Of a stretch of 64,000 nt of DNA, positions 56,890-64,000 are shown piece after piece (the first letter of the stretch is position 1; each line of letters begins with the position of its first letter). Source of the stretch: Candidatus Falkowbacteria bacterium RIFOXYC2_FULL_36_12. Lineage in GTDB: Bacteria > Patescibacteriota > Patescibacteriia > UBA11705. A program made the translations under genes and the position numbers. The stretch is taken from assembly GCA_001778235.1 (NCBI GenBank), contig MFGJ01000008.1, positions 61,313-125,312 of the forward strand, in the 5' to 3' direction. The notes under the pieces were generated by a model that was not told the origin of the DNA, made no database searches, and saw nothing but the letters and a program-made list of their open reading frames with translations.

Positions 56890-58869
56890 TTAGTCAAAAA
56901 GCAAGTTAAACAACTCATCCATCTTTAGCTTACCATCATACACTAAACCCTGTCGAGAACCTGTTTGTGTAAAACTCTTTATATTTTGTTTAAATTGAAA
57001 ATTTAGGCTAATTTTCCACTCTTTTACCCCAGCCTGCTTCTGAATAAGTAGTTTATAATCCTTGTCCCGACTTGCTTCATAAACCGCTTTTGGTAGTTTA
57101 TATTTAATTACAATAGTTTTACTCTGTTTTGGTTCAACTTCAAAGAAAAAACCATAGGCTGATTTATTAAATTCCTTATAAAAATCAACTTCTTCATTTT
57201 TAACTACATCATTGCCTATTTTCAACTCTACAAGTTCACTGCCTTCTGGCACATATACTCGTGTATAACTACGATACCTTGTTGTGCGATAATCAAAAAA
57301 ACCATTATTAATATAAGTCAATTTCAATTCACTTGTATAGCCATTACCACTTTCCGATAATTTATAACTCATTTCTCTGTTCATCACTCTGTCAGTTTTT
57401 AGAGCTGCCAAATTTGCATCTACCACCATCAGATAGTCATCAGGAGTATATTCAATTTTTCCCGCCCATTTTTTTTCTTCAAAATATTTTTGCAAAGTTG
57501 TATCCTTGACATAAATCTGTATAAACTTTTCCTTCATATTTCTGGTAACAACATCAAACAGTTCTTCAAATCTATTTAACGGCAAATTAAACAATCTATT
57601 CTCGAGCTCTTTTGACAATTTGCCAATAATATCTTTTCTGTCACCTTCAGCATCTCCACCTTTTTCAAAATATGCTACTTCCACTTGATACTGCAATTCA
57701 TCTGTAAAATTTTCTTTGGAAAAAGTAACTCCGTCAATGGTTATATTACCAACTAAAGCAATTAGATCTTCTACTAGATTCGGATTGATTGCAATCACGC
57801 CATCAATATTTGCTTCAGGACCTCCCTCAAGATGATAAAACTGTTCAATCTTCTCGGCAGAAGTAGGAAAATCAGACCACCAATTTGCGTCTCGCATAAA
57901 CCATTCTGACATACCAAGATATTTTTTTATTGGTTCAGGTGGAACAGCTAAATTTTTATCTTTTATCTTTACATCCAGATTGTAAATATTATCAGTAGTA
58001 AAACTTTTCAAATCACCATTTTTTACTTTCATGATTCCATAAGTACCGATAAATCCTCCACTTGGACGAAGTTCATCATTATTTTGCAAAATAAATAAAT
58101 ATTTTTTCTCTTGGTCAAGCCCAACAAGGCTTGGCATAACATCTGAAACAGTCGTAAAGGCTTCAAAACCTTTTAACATTGACGGCACAATACTTACCAC
58201 CGCATCTTCAACCGGATCCCAAAAACCATATTTACCCTTACCAATAAAATTCGTATAGGCACTATCAATCTGATCAATTTCTACTTGTGAATGTTTTATC
58301 AGATCACCTATTTCCACTAACTTCTTCAAAATTTGGCTTCTTTCAGCTTCACTAATTTCTGAAAAACTTTTATTACTGGTCTGCCAATCAGCCAAGACAT
58401 TTTCACTTATAGAAAAAATTTCATTGGCTATCTTTGTGGCGTTTGAACCAATAACAATCAGATCTTCAGCCAAATCAACTTCTTTTTTAACAATCGGCAA
58501 ATTGAAAACTGCTTTTTGTTTTAATATTTGTAATTCTTGTTCAGCCGAAAACAAATTATTATTGGCGACTTCCAATCTTTCTTTGGCCGTCTTATAATCC
58601 TTTTGCTCCAAATACTGGGCAAATGCCTGCAGATTGTCTCTCGCATCCAAAACTTCAGCTGTAACTAACTGTATTGAATTCAAATACGGCAATGTTGACA
58701 AACCAAGCAATATTACTACAAGTAAAACCCCAGCCAAAATTAATCCAATAATCTGTGGCAAGAAATGCAATGGCAACAAAAAAAATCTGCTCCAATGAGG
58801 TTTTTCTTGATCCTCTAGTTGCTTTTTTTCAATAAAATTTTGTTTATTAAAACCCTCCATGTATTTCAA
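56890..58869 (-). CDS. DUF4012-domain protein (associated with cell-surface polysaccharide biosynthesis)
   Basis: An N-terminal transmembrane helix and a large domain with LRPSGGFIGTYG, characteristic of DUF4012. It lies next to GT2 genes. Confidence 0.65.
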   Translation of the reverse strand: MKYMEGFNKQNFIEKKQLEDQEKPHWSRFFLLPLHFLPQIIGLILAGVLLVVILLGLSTLPYLNSIQLVTAEVLDARDNLQAFAQYLEQKDYKTAKERLEVANNNLFSAEQELQILKQKAVFNLPIVKKEVDLAEDLIVIGSNATKIANEIFSISENVLADWQTSNKSFSEISEAERSQILKKLVEIGDLIKHSQVEIDQIDSAYTNFIGKGKYGFWDPVEDAVVSIVPSMLKGFEAFTTVSDVMPSLVGLDQEKKYLFILQNNDELRPSGGFIGTYGIMKVKNGDLKSFTTDNIYNLDVKIKDKNLAVPPEPIKKYLGMSEWFMRDANWWSDFPTSAEKIEQFYHLEGGPEANIDGVIAINPNLVEDLIALVGNITIDGVTFSKENFTDELQYQVEVAYFEKGGDAEGDRKDIIGKLSKELENRLFNLPLNRFEELFDVVTRNMKEKFIQIYVKDTTLQKYFEEKKWAGKIEYTPDDYLMVVDANLAALKTDRVMNREMSYKLSESGNGYTSELKLTYINNGFFDYRTTRYRSYTRVYVPEGSELVELKIGNDVVKNEEVDFYKEFNKSAYGFFFEVEPKQSKTIVIKYKLPKAVYEASRDKDYKLLIQKQAGVKEWKISLNFQFKQNIKSFTQTGSRQGLVYDGKLKMDELFNLLFD

Positions 58870-58879
58870 ATTTTAATTT

Positions 58880-59677
58880 TCAAATACTAAATAAACTTTT
58901 TCTATGCTTCAAGCTATATTTAAGCCAACTGTGTATATGTTGCCGTGTCAACTTATTACTAAAAATTTGAAAAATTCCTCCTTGGCTCATCTTCATATGC
59001 ATATGAATAGCTGTTATTTCTCCATGATATATCACTTTAAAATCTTTGTTCCTTATTCGTCTACACAAATCAGTGTCTTCAAAATACATAAAAAATCTTT
59101 CATCAAACCCTCCAACTTGTTGCCAAATTCTTTTTGGGACAAGAAAACATGATCCTTGGCACCAATCAACCTCCTGAATTTTTTCATGATCAACATCCTT
59201 CATCAAGAAATAATCCAATTCTTTTTGTATTGATTTAATTTTACCCAAAACAGTTCGGCGATAAAGTGGCGTTAGAAATTTATACCAACGATAACAAGTA
59301 TATTGCAAGCTTCCATCAGGATTTAGTAGCCTCGGCGCCAAAAACCCAATTTCGGGCTTGTCCTTAATGTAATCATACATTCGTTGAATGGTCTCCTCTG
59401 CGACATAAATATCTGGATTTAAAATGATTACATATTCTCCTTCAGATGCTTTTATTCCCAGATTATTACCCGGACCCATGCCTAAATTTTTGGTGGCAAG
59501 AATAAATTTTATGCCCTTGAACTCTTCAGCCATCATCTGAACTATACCATCATTCGAATCATTATCAACAACAATAATTTCATAAGGAACTTCTATTTTC
59601 GATGCTCTGATTTGCCGAATACAATTCCCAACCAACCGTTTGGATTTATAATTTAGAATCACAATCGAAATTTTCAT
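58880..59677 (-). CDS. Family 2 glycosyltransferase
   Basis: MKISIVILNYKS...VVDNDSNDG with DxD-type motifs; start at the internal ATG. Confidence 0.8.
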   Translation of the reverse strand: MKISIVILNYKSKRLVGNCIRQIRASKIEVPYEIIVVDNDSNDGIVQMMAEEFKGIKFILATKNLGMGPGNNLGIKASEGEYVIILNPDIYVAEETIQRMYDYIKDKPEIGFLAPRLLNPDGSLQYTCYRWYKFLTPLYRRTVLGKIKSIQKELDYFLMKDVDHEKIQEVDWCQGSCFLVPKRIWQQVGGFDERFFMYFEDTDLCRRIRNKDFKVIYHGEITAIHMHMKMSQGGIFQIFSNKLTRQHIHSWLKYSLKHRKSLFSI

Positions 59678-59681
59678 AAAA

Positions 59682-60680
59682 TTATTGTTTATACTCGTAA
59701 AACCATTTTTCAATTTCCGCATTTTGAATTTTTTGTTTTTCTTTTCTAGTTTTTCTTTTTGCAATAAATTTATGTCGATTTTGCCACACCTCTGGCAAAG
59801 CTTTCAAATTTCTTGACTCAAAAAATAAAATATATATAAATTTTGAAATTTCATAAGCAATTACCGGAAATAAATAATTCAAAGTTCGCTCTGGTAAATT
59901 TTTTATCAAAAAATACAAATGATTCCTATAAGATAAATAATTTGAAAAGCTGGATCGTTTTTTTCTATTAATTTTTATTTTATGAAAAGTTGAGCTATCA
60001 CTTGCCGCCAATGATCTCTCGTGATACGCCAAAGCTGTTGGTACTTTGTATATTTTCCAACCTAAATATCTCAAACGATATGATAAATCCACATCTTCTT
60101 TATAGTTAAAAAAATCCTCATCAAAAAACTGATTATTTTCCATCACACTTTCCAGAGCTTGCCTACGAATCAATGGCAAAGCCCCTGAAACACCAAAAAC
60201 TTCTGTTATTGCATCATATTGGCCTTCATCCTGTTCACCTGCTCCAAGTTCTTCAACTTTGTGTTTTTTGTAAATATTTATTCCCACAGAATCAATATAA
60301 TTTGTTTTTTCACCTTCATGCAATTTTCTAAGTTTTCCAGTCACTGCCCCAACTTCTGGCATTTTTTCCATAAAACTAACTAAATTCTTCAAATAGTCTG
60401 GTTCCAAAATCATATCTTGATTCAACAACAGCACATACTTACTTCGACTCCAATGAATAGCCTGATTATGTGCCTTAGCAAATCCCAAGTTTTCTTTGTG
60501 TTTAACAATTTTGAGTTGAGGATACTTATCCGTAATATAACTTAGAGTTTCATCAGTTGACCCATTATCAATTATCATTAAAGAAAAATCAGTATAAGTT
60601 TGATTAAACACAGAATCAAGGCAATTAATAATATATTTTGCCCCATTCCATGTCACAAGATTTATAGAAACTGTATTCAT
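59682..60680 (-). CDS. Family 2 glycosyltransferase
   Basis: VSINLVTWNGAKYIINCLDSVFNQTYTDFSLMIIDNGSTDET (a GT-A fold N-terminus). Confidence 0.8.
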   Translation of the reverse strand: MNTVSINLVTWNGAKYIINCLDSVFNQTYTDFSLMIIDNGSTDETLSYITDKYPQLKIVKHKENLGFAKAHNQAIHWSRSKYVLLLNQDMILEPDYLKNLVSFMEKMPEVGAVTGKLRKLHEGEKTNYIDSVGINIYKKHKVEELGAGEQDEGQYDAITEVFGVSGALPLIRRQALESVMENNQFFDEDFFNYKEDVDLSYRLRYLGWKIYKVPTALAYHERSLAASDSSTFHKIKINRKKRSSFSNYLSYRNHLYFLIKNLPERTLNYLFPVIAYEISKFIYILFFESRNLKALPEVWQNRHKFIAKRKTRKEKQKIQNAEIEKWFYEYKQ

Positions 60681-60762
60681 AGTAATATAATTTACTTGTT
60701 TACCCGATCTCAATCTCCAATCACGATCTTCAATCTTAATTTCTGTTCTCTGTTCTCGTTTA

Positions 60763-62253
60763 TCAACTTCTCTTTTTTGGAGTCACCCAGAATCCCAAAT
60801 GATATTTTTTACCAAGTGCCAATCTTGTTTGAGCATCAAGCGCGGGAAAAGCCCCAAACAATACCAAGGTAAATGGCAACAATATCCATTGAAAAATCAT
60901 CACCAGCCATCTTGATTTTGGATGAGATTCAGGTTTTGGCGGTAAAACTAATAAACTGAAAATAGCTGAAACAAATATACCTGTCATTGCCAGTCCCATA
61001 AGCCATTCAAGCACAAACGGAGTATTTTGCACCATCACCGAGCTTGATTCGTGGCCCAAACTTGCAACCCACAGAGGTAATCTACCTAAAATAAATATAA
61101 ATAATGGTGCAGTTGCCCAGAAAAACATCCCTTCAGTCGCATTCCACAAAAGTTTGAACTTCACCCATTTTGAAATTTTTGGATGTTCAAGAAATTTCTG
61201 TTTCATATATGGATAATGCTCAACTCCCCAAGCCCAGCGTCTTTGCTGTTTGTACAAATTCTTAGCACTTTGCCACATTGTATCAGCCTCAACATTGTCC
61301 ATTGAAACTGGTACATACATTGGCACCACTTCAAAATCTCCATCATAATGAAAAAATCCCTGTAAAAAAATCCTTGAATCATCAGTAACAATATCTTTTT
61401 GCCAAAAACCTACATCAACCAAAGCTTTATACGGCATTGAATGCGATGAAAAAGTCTGCATTCTTTCTGGTCTAACCAATTCAGCCATTAACCAAAATAC
61501 TGTACCAAAAGCGGTTACACGCGTAATAGCTGGTGATTCCCAGATGTTATTATTGTAAACTACTGCCGGTTGATAAGCTTTCCGTAAAGGATTTTCTGTT
61601 GTTAAATATTTATAAGTTAAATTAGAAAAATATGATGGATGGGCTTGAGTATCAGAATCAAAATACGAACAAATTACATCCTCATATGCAATTCCTAATT
61701 TATCTATTACCGCTTTACTTTCCATTCCTCCATAATGTGCATTTGCACCTTTTCCTTTCATTTCTCCAGGTAAGCCATCTGGATGAACAGTTCTGAAAAA
61801 TTTAAAAAATTTACTTGAATATTTTTTTTCAAGTTTTCGCCAATTCTCCAAAAATTGATCTTGGAATCTTTCTTCACCAGCCAAATGTACAATAAAATGA
61901 TCCAACGGAAAATCATTACGGGTTAAACTGTTTAAAGTTGTATCCAAAACTTCAAATGGTTCCCCCGCTGTTGGCAAAATAACATAATGATAAATGCGTT
62001 TCCAGTCTTTATTTTCTTGTTTCAATTTATCCATCCAATTTATTTTTATTTCCCGCCTAAAATTTTTCCATGAAAAATAAAGCAAAATTGAAAAATATGC
62101 AATTCGAATAAGCCAAAATAAATCAAAAACAATTACAAAGTATATTACCCAAAGTGGTTTTACAAAACTCAAAACAATTGAACCAATCAAAGCAGTCCAT
62201 GCCAATGAGGCTGGAAAAATTTCATTAATTCTTTTTCTAGTTTGTTTTTTCAC
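60763..62253 (-). CDS. Integral-membrane processive GT2 glycosyltransferase (cellulose-synthase-like, QRRW motif)
   Basis: Two N-terminal transmembrane helices, a cytoplasmic GT-A domain with D, DxD and QQRRWAWG (QxxRW) motifs, and 4 C-terminal transmembrane helices. Confidence 0.65.
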   Translation of the reverse strand: MKKQTRKRINEIFPASLAWTALIGSIVLSFVKPLWVIYFVIVFDLFWLIRIAYFSILLYFSWKNFRREIKINWMDKLKQENKDWKRIYHYVILPTAGEPFEVLDTTLNSLTRNDFPLDHFIVHLAGEERFQDQFLENWRKLEKKYSSKFFKFFRTVHPDGLPGEMKGKGANAHYGGMESKAVIDKLGIAYEDVICSYFDSDTQAHPSYFSNLTYKYLTTENPLRKAYQPAVVYNNNIWESPAITRVTAFGTVFWLMAELVRPERMQTFSSHSMPYKALVDVGFWQKDIVTDDSRIFLQGFFHYDGDFEVVPMYVPVSMDNVEADTMWQSAKNLYKQQRRWAWGVEHYPYMKQKFLEHPKISKWVKFKLLWNATEGMFFWATAPLFIFILGRLPLWVASLGHESSSVMVQNTPFVLEWLMGLAMTGIFVSAIFSLLVLPPKPESHPKSRWLVMIFQWILLPFTLVLFGAFPALDAQTRLALGKKYHLGFWVTPKKRS

Positions 62254-62313
62254 ATTGTATGTTTAATTTGAATATTATGATATTTTAGTTGAAATAAGCT
62301 GTTTTGTCAATCA

Positions 62314-63447
62314 TCACAAATCTATCAAAGTGACTATTACCCCGATTAAAAATAGCAACACCAAACCACTTCCAACCAAATAAAATTTAGGCAAGTTAAA
62401 GGCAGGTTTCTGGTCACCCTTGTTTTTTGCTCCCCAAAAAGCAAATACCACTAAAACTCCAACAACACCAAAAGTCAAACTACCTGCCAAACTTATCACT
62501 TCAATAAAATTATGGCTTATAAACAAAAATATCAACAATGGAACAACTATTACCAATATCCAAGCTAACCAAGCAGGGAGTTTGTAATCATACTGATAAA
62601 GTTGCTTCAACCCTATTCCTACAGTTAGGAAACTACTACCCATCACTAATACCGCAAATAAATTACCCATTATTACCACTTTATTTCCAAGTGCATTTCC
62701 CAGACCAACCGTTGCAACTTCTGTTGTTGACATACCTGTCACACCAACTACGAATAAAGCGAATAAAATATAGACTATAATCGGTAAGACGCTCCCAATT
62801 ATTATTGCTGGTTTAATCATCTTTTTATCACCAGCTAAAATTTCTTTAACTGAAAAAATTGCACCTGTACCACCAAAAGCAAATAGCAAAACTCCATAAG
62901 CCACAATTGCCTGTGATAAATCTACTGTTTGGAAATTAGCTATTTGTAATTGTGGCAGACTAAAAGCGCCTATAAACACCACAACAATTACTACCAACAA
63001 CACCATCCAAAATTCTAGGGCCTTTATTAACTTTAATCCAATAAACAATATCAAAGCGCTAAATATAAAAAAAATCCAAGAAAAAACAATACTATTTTCA
63101 GCTTGACCAAATAAAGCCGCCAAAACCTGTCCTTCACCGATTAGATAGGCCGTCAAACCGCCATATGCGCCTATAATCATGCCAAATGAAGCTATATGTT
63201 CCCAATTTACACCTATGTACTTTTTCACCAGACCACCAATCTGATGCCGAAATCTGGTACGAAGCATTATTTCAGCAATCATTAGATTTATAAGCAGTGA
63301 CGATATACCCAAAACTACTATTACAATCAAACCTGGCCAAAATCCAAGCCTAGCAACTACATACGGAATACCCAAAATGCCGGCGCCAATTATTGTGCCG
63401 ACCAAAGTTGCTACTGCTTGCCACAAATTTTTATATTTACTCAACAT
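62314..63447 (-). CDS. Aromatic amino-acid (Trp/Tyr-type) permease family transporter
   Basis: About 11 transmembrane helices with the N-terminal [19 protein letters not shown] motif typical of Trp_Tyr_perm/AAAP. Confidence 0.6.
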   Translation of the reverse strand: MLSKYKNLWQAVATLVGTIIGAGILGIPYVVARLGFWPGLIVIVVLGISSLLINLMIAEIMLRTRFRHQIGGLVKKYIGVNWEHIASFGMIIGAYGGLTAYLIGEGQVLAALFGQAENSIVFSWIFFIFSALILFIGLKLIKALEFWMVLLVVIVVVFIGAFSLPQLQIANFQTVDLSQAIVAYGVLLFAFGGTGAIFSVKEILAGDKKMIKPAIIIGSVLPIIVYILFALFVVGVTGMSTTEVATVGLGNALGNKVVIMGNLFAVLVMGSSFLTVGIGLKQLYQYDYKLPAWLAWILVIVVPLLIFLFISHNFIEVISLAGSLTFGVVGVLVVFAFWGAKNKGDQKPAFNLPKFYLVGSGLVLLFLIGVIVTLIDL

Positions 63448-64000
63448 CTTTTATTTCAACCAAGTTAACTTTACCGCCTTTACCAACTGGTTCACCAGAT
63501 ATTATAATTACACTATCGCCTTTTTCAATCCTTTTATTTTTTTTCAAAAAACCAAAGGATCGATCAATCAATTCCTCCAAAGATTTACATGATGGTATGA
63601 GAAATGGGAAAATCCCCCAAGATAAAATCAATTGTCTCATTACCCGATCGTCATCACAGGCAACCATGATTGGCAATTGTGGTCTATATCTACTAATAAT
63701 TCTCCCGGCATAACCAGTTATTGAAGCAACCAAAATTAATTTTGCTTTGACTGAAGACGCCAAAATATTTGAAATCCTACCAACAGCTTCATCAGCTGGT
63801 TCAATCTTGTCAACATAACTTTTTACCACCAAATCATCATAAGCTGAAGCCTCGGTCTTTTCAATAATCTTTGTCATATAAGACACCACTTCTTCTGGAT
63901 ATTTTCCCGTTGCTGTTTCTCCTGATAACATCAATGCGTCAGCATGATCAATCACTGCGTTTGCCACATCACTCACCTCTGCTCTTGTCGGTCGTGGATT
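63437..64000 (-). CDS. pyk: Pyruvate kinase, C-terminal part (the N-terminus lies beyond the window end)
   Basis: [31 protein letters not shown] is the conserved PK motif near the end of the A domain, followed by a C-terminal alpha/beta domain. The ORF stays open to the window edge. Confidence 0.85.
   Translation of the reverse strand, partial: NPRPTRAEVSDVANAVIDHADALMLSGETATGKYPEEVVSYMTKIIEKTEASAYDDLVVKSYVDKIEPADEAVGRISNILASSVKAKLILVASITGYAGRIISRYRPQLPIMVACDDDRVMRQLILSWGIFPFLIPSCKSLEELIDRSFGFLKKNKRIEKGDSVIIISGEPVGKGGKVNLVEIKDVE

Overview
This is a low-GC (about one third G+C by eye), gene-dense bacterial window. Nearly all genes lie on the minus strand up to about 48.3 kb; the compact gene spacing, fused genes, DUF4012, PEGA, GerMN and tRNAs with encoded CCA ends suggest a small-genome, CPR-like organism. 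Recognisable content, in order: a copper-resistance cluster (csoR, an HMA-permease-cupredoxin fusion and a truncated copA); tRNA-Tyr, tRNA-Thr, tRNA-Asn and tRNA-Gln; tpiA; an M16 peptidase; glycosyltransferases and a GH clan-A hydrolase; a YibE/F protein; many hypothetical coiled-coil or membrane proteins; pyrG, rplI, ctpA and murA; an rfb cluster (an rfbD-rfbA fusion, an HD-domain gene, rfbB, rfbC and GtrA); an S8 protease; thrS; dtd; dnaE; a cell-surface polysaccharide cluster (DUF4012, two GT2 genes and a cellulose-synthase-like GT2); an aromatic amino-acid permease; and a truncated pyruvate kinase. The main finding is a plus-strand, four-gene operon at 48.6-54.7 kb that appears richer in G/C at codon third positions than the host genes. 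It encodes a roughly 1270-aa protein with internal repeat modules and a C-terminal E2/UBC-like domain, a JAB/JAMM metallopeptidase, an E1-like (ThiF family) adenylating enzyme and a small tandem beta-grasp ubiquitin-like protein. It has its own candidate promoter and terminator, and mosaic intergenic repeat clusters flank it on both sides. I read it as a candidate bacterial ubiquitin-like conjugation (Bil/Bub-like) island. Several families of short palindromic, GC-rich repeat modules form dense mosaics in at least five intergenic regions.
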